Source: Octopus sinensis (lineage: Eukaryota). Taken from it: a stretch of DNA of 64,000 bases. Of the stretch, positions 39,971 through 53,289 are shown one piece after another. A program made the translations under genes and the position numbers. Location of the stretch: contig NC_043003.1 in the NCBI RefSeq assembly GCF_006345805.1, positions 5,580,001-5,644,000 of the forward strand. The letters run 5' to 3'. A model generated the notes under the pieces. The model was not told where the DNA came from and searched no databases. It saw nothing but the letters and a program-made list of their open reading frames with translations. Each line of letters opens with the position of its first letter. Positions within the stretch are counted from its first letter, which is position 1.

Positions 39971-40657
39971 TATATATGAGAATGTGAGAAATATATATGT
40001 ATGTATACACACACGCACACATACACATGTCCGCATACAGAAGTGTATGCCACATACACATTTACAAATAATCGCTCAAACACAATCGCATACTAATACA
40101 CACACAACAAGAACACGCACACATGCATATTAACTGACACACACATGCTGAGAAAGTAAAGGTAGACGAAACAGATATAATTTAGAATATTTATTTAATA
40201 ATCATTACATACACGGTGATGGCAAAATATACTCCATAAAAGTTATATATATATAAAATTTTCTTAATATATAGACACATACATATGCGTTTGCGGGTGT
40301 GTATGTTTACTTTTATAACGCAATTAAATAAGATTAAAGTCAATTTAGGGTCACTCAGTACATTTGATGGAATGCGAACTTGTTATTCTTTGACAAGAAT
40401 AGTATTGAGAGCGATTTCGAAGTTTAGACCAACGAATCAATAACCGGACTATATACTCATATATATATATTCTTTTATTTGTTTCAGTTATTTGACTGAG
40501 GCCATGCTGGAGCACCACCTTTAGTCGAAGAAATCGACGCCAGCACATATTCTTTGTTGGCCTAGTACTTATTCTATCGGTCTCTTTTTCCCAACTGCTA
40601 AGATGCAGGGACGTGTACACACCGACCTCGGTTGTGAAGCGATGGTGAGTGACAAAC
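39215..40657. repeat. Near-identical tandem duplication, ~763-bp period
   Basis: gagaatgtgagaaat... starts at 39215 and again at 39978; both copies end at ...gtgagtgacaaac (39893 and 40657). Confidence 0.9.
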
Positions 40658-40835
40658 ACACACACACACACATATATATACGACAGGCTTCTTTTAGTTT
40701 CCGTCTATCATATCCACTTACAAGTCTTTGCTCGGCCCGATGCTATAGTAGAAGACACTTGCCCAAGGTACCACGCGGTGGGACTGAACCCGAAACCATG
40801 TGGTTGGTAAGGAAGCTACTTACCACACAGCCTGC
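40480..40835 (-). mobile_element. SINE family B, full length
   Basis: Tail gaggccatgctggagcaccacc, internal (CA)n(TA)n, head ...gggactgaacccgaaaccatgtggttggtaaggaagctacttaccacacagcc. Confidence 0.85.
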
Positions 40836-40836
40836 G

Positions 40837-40873
<37 letters not shown>

Positions 40874-40877
<4 letters not shown>

Positions 40878-41128
40878 TAAAAACGGTAAGATAACAAAAG
40901 AAAGAAAGAGACCTCAATATTATGTAAATAGAGGAAATTTATCTATAAAATAATATGTTACATTACTCAATAGTCAAGATAAAACTCTGAGTTTCAGATG
41001 CCGAAGTAGAAATCCACTTTCATAGCGTTTTTCAGATGGCCAGATAACCGAAGAGATGGTGTTGTGGATTTCCACTTCGGCATCTGAAACTGAGAGTTTT
41101 ATCTTGACTATTGAGTAATCTAACATAT

Positions 41129-41131
<3 letters not shown>
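40874..41131 (+). mobile_element. Hammerhead-bearing inverted-repeat element H3 (copy b)
   Basis: 68-bp inverted arms at 40950-41017 and 41064-41131. Motif at 41043-41103: GATAA-CCGAAGA-GATG-...-CATC-T-GAAA-CTGAGAGT-T-TTATC (U4 changed to C). Confidence 0.75.
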
Positions 41132-41162
<31 letters not shown>

Positions 41163-42338
41163 ACATACACACACACACTCATATATATACAGCCCATTTG
41201 TAGCCGTTACAAGGAAAAGTTTAACCAGTATTGTTTTAAAATTAAATCTTGTGATACTCGTTGCAAAATTTTATAAATTTTAGTATTCTACCTTTACATT
41301 ATTGGCGTTAGTTATATTTATATATTTTTGATAAGGTGCAATGCATTTTGTGAACCGTGTTTCTAAGACTTTTAATCACGTGTTCTCATCTTTCGTTAAT
41401 AAAAATTTGACGACCTGATATAAGCTATATTTATATGGCAGATGTGTAATGTCTGGTGTAGTTACTTTCGGTTGTTTCTGAAATTTTTCTATGGCTTGGT
41501 CTTTGTAGCTTGCTCATAAGAAATTTTTGTAGTCGTGTAACTCTCTTTACTCTGCAGATTTCCCCTCCCTCTTTCTCTATCTATCTATCCTTTACTCACT
41601 TTCTCTCCCAAACTCATCAATTTCTCTTTATACATATATCTTATACATATATCTTCTTGAAAATACAAGTTGAAACACATACACACACACACACGTGTTC
41701 CTACCTATGTACACGCATTCACATATAGGTATATACACACATGTAGAGGCAGAAGGGAGTGGAGAGACAGACAGATTGACATATATATATATATATAATA
41801 TATATATATATATATTTGTGTGTGTGTGTGTGTGTGTGTCTTTCTTATGTATAATACTTTAAGATGAGAAGATATATGTATACATGTGTGTGTGTGTATA
41901 CATTCATTACAACGTAAGTATTACCAGTGACTGTCATATCAACAGGCTTAAAATATTTTCTCAATAACTGGAGGTACAGATTATCATAACATAGATTAAC
42001 CACCAAATACACATACACAAACATAGAAATAACTATCATAAGCAAATACATACATCCACAAATTCGTACGTTTAATGCATAAACTAAAACAGAAGTTAAC
42101 ATTAAACAATTTCACCCTTACATACATGTAGGCACCTCGTCTCTCTGTCTGTCTGTCTACATATTAACCACAAAATCTAGCTACTTATCAATTTATCAAT
42201 CTGTCCGTCTGTCTGTCTATATACCTATCTACATATCTTGCATACGTGTCTATTTATCTATCTGTCAAACTGTGTTGTCTGACTGCCTGTCTCTCCACTC
42301 CCATCTGCCTCTACATATGTGTATATATATCTATACAA

Positions 42339-42752
42339 GGCGGCGAGCTGGCAGAACCGTTAGCACGCCGGGCGAAATGCGTAGCGGTATTTCGTCTGCC
42401 GTTACGTTCTGAGTTCAAATTCTGCCGAGGTCGACTTTGCCTTTCATCCTTTCGGGGTCGATTAAATACGTACCAGTTACGCACTGGAGTCGATATAATC
42501 GACTTAATCCGTTTGTCAATCTTTGTTTGTCCTCTCTGTGTTTAGCCCCTTATGGGCAGTAAAGAAATAGGTATTTCGTCTGTCGTTACGTTCTGAGTTC
42601 AAATTCCGCCGAGGTCGACTTTGCTTTGCATCCTTTCGGGGTCGATAAATAAAGTACCAGTTTCGCACTGGGGTCGATATAATCGACTTAATCCCTTTGT
42701 CTCTCCTTGTTTGTTCTCTCTGTGTTTAGCCGCTTGTGGGCAATAAAGAAAT
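42339..42752 (+). mobile_element. SINE family A with tandemly repeated body (dimer-like)
   Basis: Full copy to about 42570, then a headless repeat starting ggtatttcgtctgtcgttacgttctgagttc. Confidence 0.85.
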
Positions 42753-43156
42753 ATATATGTGAATACGTATACATGGGTAGGAATACATGTGTGCGTGTGT
42801 GTGTGTTTCAACTTGTATTTTCAAGATTAAAAAACTGCATAGGCAAATTCTAATTCCAAAGTTAGCTTTTGATAATATATTCTAATGATTCTGGTAGCTT
42901 GTTGCTTTTCAAGACGTATGATATAACGAGGAAACTTCGAGTCACTGTCAATACGGTTGTTTTGATTATATTTAGCACTAAAATTGAGTTAATGCCAATG
43001 TGCTTTTTGTTTTTCATTTGCATAAAAGCAAACACAAATATGTTAGAGATTAAAATGAAGAATATGTTAAGTTTACAACTCATGAGTAATCGGGTTTTGT
43101 CTATCAGAGTTGCACACTATCCCTTTCAACGAAATTATATTCATAATGTTATGGAA

Positions 43157-43537
43157 GCACTCCGTCGGTTACGACGACGAGGGTTCCGGTTGATCCAAAT
43201 CAACGGAACTACCTGCTCGTGAAATTAACGTGTAAGTGGCTGAGCACTCCACAGCCACATGTACCCTTAACGTAGTTCTCGGGGATATTCAGCGTGACAC
43301 AGAGAGTGACAAGGCCGGCCCTTTGAAATACAGGTACAGCAGAAACAGGAAGTAAGAGTGAGAGAAAGTTGTGGTGAAAGAGTACAGCAGGGATCACCAA
43401 AACCCCCTGCCGGAGCCTTGTGGAGCTTTTAGGTGTTTTCGCTCAATAAACACTCACAACGCCCGGTCTGGGAATCGAAACCGCGATCCTATGACCGCGA
43501 GTCCGCTGCCCTAACCACTGGGCCATTGCGCCTCCAC
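43157..43537 (-). mobile_element. SINE family C, tail type 2, full length
   Basis: Same head as C1/C3; tail ...cacgttaatttcacgagcagg...accctcgtcgtcgtaaccgacggagtg on minus. A lone tail fragment lies at about 61790-61875 (+). Confidence 0.85.
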
Positions 43538-44020
43538 CCATAATTTTATACACGGTACGAGACTATAGTGGGAAAAAAAAAAACATTTCTCAAAACGTGG
43601 CGAATATAATCCAACAGAATGTAATATCGGAGAAAATGGTCATAAGGTCAGTGGAAAAATATGAAGAACGACTCTGTTGATTGACTAATTCACGATAATA
43701 AATACTGAGGGATATATCAAATGTTACATAGTTTCGGGTTGAAGAATGTAGATCTGTGCAGTACAACATCAATGTCAAACTATGGCGAGGGTCAGGTAAA
43801 AATAAACATGAAAAAACAACCAAAAGTTCTAAGGTAACTTAGTAAACTTAGAGTCTCATTTTACATTTTCAGCGTTGGTCAAAGACAATGGAATTTGTCC
43901 AAGACGCCACCGATCTTGAATGTCTAGCAACTGAAGAGCAAGAAGATAAAATATCATAATAGACTTACAGGAATACATACCTTCATACATGAATGCATGC
44001 ATGCATCCATATATATATCG

Positions 44021-44080
<60 letters not shown>

Positions 44081-44280
44081 CATATATGTATATACCCACA
44101 CATATATATATACACACACATATACACACACATACACACACACATATATATATCATATACATATATATGCATATGTATATATATATACATATATATAAAT
44201 ATGTATATATATATACATATACATACATGTATATACACACGCATACACACACACATACACACGCATATATATATAGAGAG

Positions 44281-44351
<71 letters not shown>

Positions 44352-45738
44352 GGGGAGAAGCAGCTAGTTTTAAATCGCTGAGCGAAATATATGTATAGTA
44401 ACAGTACCGAATAGTAAAGTTTATTTGCTAACAGAATGTGGCAAATTCTACACAGGTACGATGTTACTGTCGTTTAGACCCAGAAAAACATCTTCTCCGG
44501 CTGGCTATCGACACACATTGTGTGTCCGTATAGTATGAGCAATGGAGGTCATCGTCTCTATCTCTAGCCTTCGTGATATTCACAGACCTAGGTTTCTGGG
44601 TTGTTTTCCGTCCTTGGTGAGAGAGAATCACAGGCCAGTGATCGGGGCTCTCTCAGCTTGCTTATATATTATATACGTTTTTTAACTGACACACAGTTGC
44701 TGATCTCGTAAAGAGAAAAAAACAGCTAGTTTTAAATCTCTGAGCTAGAGGTATACAGTATATACACACATACACACACACGCATATATAAATGTGTGTG
44801 AGTGTGTGTGTGAGTGTGCGTGCGTGTGTGTGTGTGAGTGTGTGTGTGTTAGTGTGTGAGTATGTGTGTGCGTGTGTGCGTGTGTGCGTATGTGTGCGTG
44901 TGTGTGTGTGTGTGTGTATATGTGTGCGTGTGCGTGTGCGTGTGTGTGTGTGTGTGTATACACATAAGCTATGTATTTGCTCTGCATTAATGTCCTAAGT
45001 TCAAACGCCGCTGAAATCGACTTTGCATTCTGCCTATAGTAAAAAGTAAAGTTCGTTATATTTTTATATGATATTTAATTTGGGAGAGATTTCTCAGTGG
45101 CTCTCAATAAAATTTCAATGTTATACCATAGTCTAGTACCGAGTCATTTAATACATCAATCCTCTTTGCTTTTTATGTATACTATTATCTTTTAAGGTTT
45201 ATAATTTATTTAAGCGCGTGTGTACCTGCGTTTTGTTTGTATTATTGTCCGCATGTATGTGTGTGTGTATGTGTGCATGTTTGTGTGTGAATGAAATACT
45301 TATATTCCTCTCACTTCGGTTTACTATTCATTTACGACGAGGAGCAATCGCAAAACACCATGTCACACTTCACAAAACAAAGTCTTAGAAAGATACGAGA
45401 GGGTTCTGATTTTTTTAGTCCATAAAATTACCCACAAAATGCATTACCCAAGAAAGGAATTCTCCTATTGCAATACAAAATCGAAATGAAAAAAGTATTT
45501 ATTGGCTGCCCTGGGATGGTAGTAACGGAAAGCACTCAATCACGATTTGTGGTCATCAAGTTTCCGATTTTCAACGCCATTTATTGAGTGTCGGTTGTAG
45601 GATTACATTAGGAATATAGAAGTTGTTTAAAACGAAATTTCTTCTATATCGACAGCTAGAAAATATCTCTGATCTTAGATTAAGCAATATTGTTGGTCGA
45701 TATATTTTCATATCAGCAATTTTTCAATGACACATAAC

Positions 45739-45828
45739 CTGCAGTTGCGAGAATCATTGAGGTAGGGTGTAACTTTGCCGGCAAAGTTTCGTGTAATTCG
45801 AAAGTGTTCAGGTCTATGTCACCTGAGA
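45739..45828 (-). CDS. Candidate internal exon (90 nt, phase 1-1)
   Basis: Long polypyrimidine acceptor ccaatttcttgttttcatttgtccgcag and donor CAG|gttatg. Only one frame is open: SGDIDLNTFELHETLPAKLHPTSMILATA. No homology recognised. Confidence 0.35.
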
Positions 45829-46600
45829 CTGCGGACAAATGAAAACAAGAAATTGGCGTTTTCCGTATGATAAAAACCGAACAGAAACAGATGTTTGTCA
45901 TATAACAGTGAAATGTGTTCGAGGTAAAGTTTATTTTTTTAATGTTCACTATGTATTACTGTTGTATTTATTTACTCTACTTGTATATATGAGGATTTCT
46001 ACTGTTATATGTAAGGTATTGATTCGACCAGGGGTCTCTTTGCAGTTGTAGAGTGTATAATCACTTGCAGTGTGTCATTTAACAATAACAGATGCAGCTG
46101 ACCTTAAAGTTAGCGATGTTAAAACTTTTTGTTGTATATATGCATCAGCGGAAAATGTTATAGCATACTTGTTATATGTTCAAGTTTATTGGTGGTTTAA
46201 ACCAAGTTACTTTTTGCTCTTAGATCTGCTATAGTGTTTGAATGGTGCGTACACGTTGTGTACTACTTATTCCCTAAGTCTGTTTGGAACTATTCTTTCG
46301 ATAATTCTGTAAAAGTTATATGTCAGAGGACAACGAGAAATTTCTTTAGTGATACTCAGAATATATGCGCAGGCATAAGGAGTTCATGTGTGAATGTTTG
46401 AAGAGGTAGGGTTAACATATGTTACAATGTAAGGTTTTGCACAAACTCTAGTCGGTAACAACAGTTATATTCAAATCAACGTCTTTTGCAAATGTAGTTT
46501 AAATTCTATTAAATCTTTCTACTTCAATGCGTAGCATTGTGAGGTTACACTTATACGAGATTCGTAAGAAGTCATATCTATGTATCTATCTATCTATCTA

Positions 46601-46630
<30 letters not shown>

Positions 46631-46631
<1 letters not shown>

Positions 46632-47171
46632 TAAGTAATTAAGGGTTTAGCAACGATTTGCCTCCCCACACACCGAATTTAGAAATAGCAGTCAAAAGGT
46701 TTTGGCTATTCTTTCTACTTAAAAGGGATGGCGGAAGGGGGATGGTGACATACTTTCATTCACCCATGGAATTTGGTGGTACTGGTAATGGCTTACGCTC
46801 GCTCTGATACCATGAGTTGAGGTGATGTCTTCTAGTGCCTCCAAATTTAATACACAATTATTAATAATTGACACGCAATTATTTATAATTGAAGAATCCT
46901 ACGCTGAGGAGGAAAATAGTCAGGTAAGACATAATTATTTAATTTTTATGCTCTGCGATGACTTAATTCCGAAACGTACGTCCGTAGGTGACTTAATATA
47001 GAATGATTTTCGTCATTTCTTTCTCTTTTGCCTGCGTCGTTTGCTTTTTAAGTGCTTTAGTTTTACTGGGATCTCCCTTTTAAGTAGAAAGAATAGCCAA
47101 AACTTTTTGACTGCTATTTCTAAATTCGGTGTGTGGTGAGGCAAATAGTTGCTAAACCCTTAATTACTTAG
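46631..47171. mobile_element. MITE / non-autonomous DNA transposon, 98-bp TIRs, TA TSD
   Basis: TIRs at 46631-46728 and 47074-47171 (ctaagtaattaagggtttagcaac...), 3 mismatches; TA on both sides. Confidence 0.85.
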
Positions 47172-47289
47172 TATTACTTAAACCTTCCTTGAATTGGGCT
47201 TTTACCTGCCGAACTCTACTTGGTGAAATTAATGGTTATTTCTAAATTAATTAATTTCACCCTTTATTATTATTGATATATAATATATA

Positions 47290-47478
47290 TATATAATCCA
47301 AACACGAACAAAGAGAACACGCAACAACGCGACGACGTGGAACAAGTATAGTGTTATTGGACGCTCAGGAAAGGAAAGAAAGAAGGAGGAGTTAACGTTT
47401 CGAGCGGAGCACTTCGTCTGAAACAGAAAAGGAGAGGTCCAAGGAAGGGAAGACGGAGAAAGAAAGTCGCCAATGATA
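47290..47478 (-). mobile_element. Hammerhead-bearing element H2 (copy b)
   Basis: Minus strand GTTT-CAGACGA-A-GTGC-TCC-GCTC-GAAA-CGT-T-AAC at about 47391-47424 (two substitutions); flanked by (TA)n and (CA)n. Confidence 0.7.
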
Positions 47479-47528
47479 CACACACACACACACACACAAA
47501 CACATACATACATACATACATACATACA

Positions 47529-47581
<53 letters not shown>

Positions 47582-47759
47582 GTGAAGAGATAGATAGGTA
47601 GATATAGCAATATATAGCATATATGAGTGTGTGTGTAATTGAGTACGTTTGTTAAAATTGGGATCAGTACACACTTTCGCGTTTATAGTGTATACATTTT
47701 CACAGGCGCGCTCACGCAATCACACTGCCGTAAAACGCACACATACATACACGTGGTAT

Positions 47760-47801
<42 letters not shown>

Positions 47802-47930
47802 TGCATGGATTTGTATATATGTATGTAGGCTTGCATACAACCATATATATAAATCCGCAGAAAAGAAATGAGTTGCAAAAATCAAATTGTGTAGATAAAG
47901 GTAGTGTGGGAGCCTCTTTTGGTGTGTGAA

Positions 47931-47986
<56 letters not shown>

Positions 47987-48775
47987 AAGAGACATTGAGC
48001 CAAGGCCCAGAGCACAACATCATAAGAACAAAATGAAGTTTAAGACCTTATCACAATGTCAAGGATGTGATTGTGTAATCTGGAAACGGAAAAATCTAGA
48101 AGCTTACCAAGAAACCAGAAATAAAATGCAACAAAAAAAAAGATATTATCAAAGACACACCTTGATGTATGTATGTTGTATATATATATATATAAAACAT
48201 GTATATATATGCTTATATGTACAAGAATATATATATATAATATATATTAATATATATATATATATATATAACATGTATATATATATGCTTATATGTGCAA
48301 ATATATCTTTATACATATACATGCATAAACATATATTTCTATATATTTACACACTTGTGTATTTGTATATATACACAGTTATATAATCTGTGATAAACAC
48401 ACTAAGACACATAGACACTGACAATTACACGCACACAATTTTGGCAGTATGGCGTTTATTGGTTGCTTTGTAAAGATGGCAAAACGTTAACGATTTCGAT
48501 AACCGAGAGAGGCGATTAAGCAATTTCCTTAAGGTTATGCAAGGTTGTAGCGATTTTCTTTTCTTTTTTTCTGTTTCTCCTTTTAGGGGAACAGCAAGAC
48601 AAAGGGGTTGGGTGGTAGGTTAAATAAGAACAACACCGTTCTCTTGTGGAGTTAATATGTTGTTAGTGAAATATATATCGGGTGGTCGACTTTAATTTGT
48701 CATTTTGTTGTTCCCTCCATTCTTCTAATTCTCTCTCTCTTTGTCGGTCTATTTTTCCCCCTCCCTTTCTTTTTG

Positions 48776-48810
<35 letters not shown>

Positions 48811-48868
48811 GCATACACTCACACACACACATATATATATACACCACATTCACGAAAATGTTTTCATA

Positions 48869-48914
<46 letters not shown>

Positions 48915-49497
48915 TATGAAAACCTTTGAGTATGTGTGGTCATATATATATATATAATTTGTATATATTACATACATAAATGCATATATGCATGCATACA
49001 TATATGACTGCGTGCTTATATATAATATATATATATATATATGTATGTATATTTATGTTGGCGCATATGATTCTGTCCGTGTTTCTCAGGTTTAACACTC
49101 ACTACCTAACAACTTCTCTTTCTCTTTCTCTCTCTCCCTCCTTCCCTCTCTTTCTGTCTTTGGAACTATTTCCTTCCGTTCCACCTTTACCCCTTCTCTC
49201 TCTCTCTCTCTTCCCTTTAATGTCACTGATCCTTTACTCTCTCCCTTCCTCTGTCAATTTTTTCTGTCTATCTACCCTCACTCTCTCTCTCTCTGTGTCT
49301 CCCTATCTATCCATTTATCCATCCATCTATCTATCTCACCCTATCCATCACACAACAATACACAGGTCCTGCTTCCCTCAAGCAAATTCCCGCTTATCTC
49401 CACAAACCGTCTTTCTCGTCACTAAACAACTTATCACATCTTATTTACTTCGGATTTTCTGCTTTTATATTCGTATTATTTTCCTTTTAGACACGCA

Positions 49498-49561
<64 letters not shown>

Positions 49562-50295
49562 ACACACACACACACACACATTTCCCGGAAGAAACACATC
49601 TCTTTTTTTATCCGTTTTCGTTACTGATTTCATTCTTGTTTTATAATTCTTTACTTATTCCATGATTTCTCTTTGCAGTATTTTGCAGTGGATTCCTATT
49701 TTGGCACAAGGCCATCCCTATGACGGGCGAGGTGTTGGTCACTTATTTACACCCCCTGAACATGACTGGTACTTTCCTTTCATCGACCTCGATGTAAAAT
49801 CAAAAGCCATTCGGGGAATAGCAAAAGAAATGTTATGATTTGGTAGAATCGGCACAGCGGCGGAGATGCGGCACAAAATGTTTTCTTGCAGTTGATGTTT
49901 ATTTTGAATTCAATTTTCAACGAGATTGGCTTTCTTTTCACCAACAGGATCGATAAAACAACCGCCCAGTCAAATAAATGGATCGAATATAATCAGTGTT
50001 AAACATCGCCCTCCAAAGACATGCTCTTTCACTTATGCTTTAAATCGGTAGAGCGTCAGAAATAGGCCTCACATTCTGCATCCAGACTTGGTTGGGAGCT
50101 AACTGTATCTTTCATGGCTCCGAAATCGATAAAGTACGGTACCAATCAAATAGCGAAGTTGATAGAATCGTCGAATTCCTACCCTCATAATTACTCGTCT
50201 TGTGCCGAAATCATCATCATCGCCGCCATCATCACCATTATCATCATCTTTATTACTACTATTATTGTTGTTGTTGTTCTTCTTCTTCTTTTTGA

Positions 50296-50326
<31 letters not shown>

Positions 50327-50769
50327 AAGGCGGCGAGCTGGTAGAATCGTTTGCACACCGGGAAAGAATGCTTAGCGGCATCTTATGGTCTTCGCCAAAA
50401 AACGAGAAAATGCATAAAAATATTGTAGGAACACTACCACCACCAGCACAACCACGAAGACCACTACTTCTACCACAACTACTGCTACATATAACTAATA
50501 GCACAACCCTTAGCTTCAACATCACCCCCAGGGCGCCATCACTACTGCCGCCATCAGCAAAATCTCATCTTGGATAACCTGCTACCCACCATCACAACTA
50601 CTACTACAAGCAATCAGACAATCACAACCACCAACACACTGCCACCACAACCATAACACAGTCATCACGACCAACACTACCTCCTATACTGCCATTATTC
50701 GGCATGACAATATCGCAACGACTACACCGCCAACGTCACCACACCTACGACCGTCACCGCCTTCATCAA

Positions 50770-51040
50770 CCACCCCCACCAACACTATCACCAACACCAC
50801 CACCACCACCAACACTATCACCACCACCGCCACCAACACTATCACCACCACCGCCACCAACACTATCACCACCACCGCCACCAACAATATCACCACCACC
50901 GCCACCAACAATATCACCACCACCGCCACCAACACTATCACCACCACCGCCACCACCACTATCACCACCACCGCCACCACCACTATCACCACCACCGCCA
51001 CCAACACTATCACCACCACCACCACCGCCACCAACATAAC
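50770..51040. repeat. 24-bp minisatellite (CCACCACCGCCACCAACACTATCA), about 11 units
   Basis: Direct inspection; unit variants aca/aat/cca. Confidence 0.9.
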
Positions 51041-51379
51041 TACCCCTACCACCGTCACCACCACTAAGGAAAACAGCAATGCTCCCATGATCAACGCACA
51101 ACAATTACCACACCCACCCTCCACTTCCACTACAATTACCACCACCATCACCACCACCACCACCACCACCACCACTACAACCACCACCTCCGCCACCTCT
51201 TCTTCTTCTTCCGCTTCATACACAATAAACCATAAACAATATACAAAATATTACCGATTAAACATTCCGACACAAGACGACCATGTTTGTAAAAACAATA
51301 TTTATTTCACTCACGATTTTTCTCTTTCTCATAAAATTTCATTCCTAATCACAGCGTTCGATTACTAATGCTATTATTA

Positions 51380-51736
51380 TAAATTATCGTTATCGTTATT
51401 CAGTATTATCATTATCATTATTTATCATTACGATCAGAATTATTATTATTATCATTATTATTATTATCATTGTTATTATTATTATTGTTCTTATTATTAT
51501 CATTACTATTATTATCATTATCATTATCATTGTTATCATTATTATCATTATTACCATTATTACCATTATTACCATCATTATTATTATTATCAGTATTATT
51601 ATTATTATTATTATCATTATTATCGTTATTATCATTATTATTATCATTATTATTATTATCATTATTACCATTATTATCATTATTATTATCATTATTATCA
51701 TTATTATCATTATTACCATTATTATCATTATTATTA

Positions 51737-51817
<81 letters not shown>

Positions 51818-51825
51818 TCATTATT
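51380..51825. repeat. (ATT/ATC)n then (AGT)n trinucleotide tract
   Basis: Direct inspection. Confidence 0.95.
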
Positions 51826-52136
51826 GTAAGTTTAATATTGTTACTATTGTTACTGCTATTGGTGTGTAGCTGTTATACGCGGGGGTTGATATTGCTGTTA
51901 TATTTGTGTGCGACTGTTCTTGTTTTCTTCTTTTGTTCTTGTTGTTGTTGTTCTATTTTCGTTGCCCTCCATTTTCGTTATTTTTGTCGGAATATGCAGC
52001 ATTGAACTGAAAACACACACACACACACACACACTCACACACAGACACACGCATACATATGCTGTATGAACACATTGAAAACACACACACGAAAAGTTTA
52101 CACACACACGTTTTTTTTTCTTGTGTGCATATGTAA

Positions 52137-52173
<37 letters not shown>

Positions 52174-52789
52174 CGCATTTTATAGATATATGTATAAAGA
52201 ATCATGTAATTATACACATGTATATAAGCGTGTATGATTTAATGCGTGCGAGGAATAATCCCTCCATTATATCATTCTTATGAATATCCTTGGATGCATG
52301 TATTTGTGTGTTTGTGTGTGCGTGTATGAATTACGTGGAACAAAAGCAGCACTATAATTAAATGGTGTGTTAATAATATTATCCAGGATATCTTAACCGT
52401 AGCTTCACGCCCTAAGATATAGTCGAATACAGCCCATCCATTTCTAAACGCCTATACTGAAGGTTTGAGAATTTCGGAAGGCATTCACCGCCAAAACCAA
52501 CTCTGACGAAATATTTCACAGGCGGGAGGAATCTTTCACTAAATAAGGATATGGTTAGAAAGCAGTTTAATCTCACGGACTGGACGAAATAGACTTAAAG
52601 ATATACTGAGCACATTAAACAGCTTATAGAAAACTATGTCAACCAGAAATCTTATAATAATTATGCCTGCCATTACGTTACTCAGCCCGTCTGTAACATA
52701 TTTCTACCATTTATTGTCAGTTGTTATGTTGGCATATTATCCAGTGGATATAACTTCTTACTCGGTCGTGTCTCGATATATATTTAGAT

Positions 52790-53270
52790 TTGGCAAGACA
52801 CTGGGAAGCCAGAGATGATGTGGTCAACTCCTTCATTGTTCTGGTTGCACATTCTTCATTTGGTGTTAGAACCTGTTTTCCTTATTTTGCTTTTATAGTT
52901 GTTTGTAGTCAGGCATTGGTCTTTCGCAGCGAGAATCAGTCCCTCTGCTTCAAGTTTTTGTCCAGAGCTTTTGAGCCATTGTTGGTTTTTACTTCGGTTC
53001 ACATCTTCTCTGTCAAGCCTTGCAGAGTATTGACCATGGAGTGATTTTTCTCACCATTTCTTCTTTCGTATGGATTTTAATTTTGTTTTCATGTTGTTTA
53101 TTTTTTTGTCACTTTGACCATATCTGCAACGCTGTCAGCTGAGGTCAATGAATCAGTGTAGTTCGCTCCATTTCTCTATTTTGTCGCCTCCTTCGTCTTT
53201 AGAGAAAAACTTTTTTCTTTTTCTCGTGTTGCTTTATTACATGTCTTCCACCTTTTGTTTCCACTTTTTG
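52790..53270 (-). mobile_element. R4/Dong-type non-LTR internal fragment (post-RT region and zinc knuckle)
   Basis: KSLHGQYSARL...QWLKSSG.KLEAEGLILAAKDQCLTTNNYK...RMC...VDHIISG. Confidence 0.8.
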
Positions 53271-53289
53271 ATTCTAAGAAATTTTCAAG

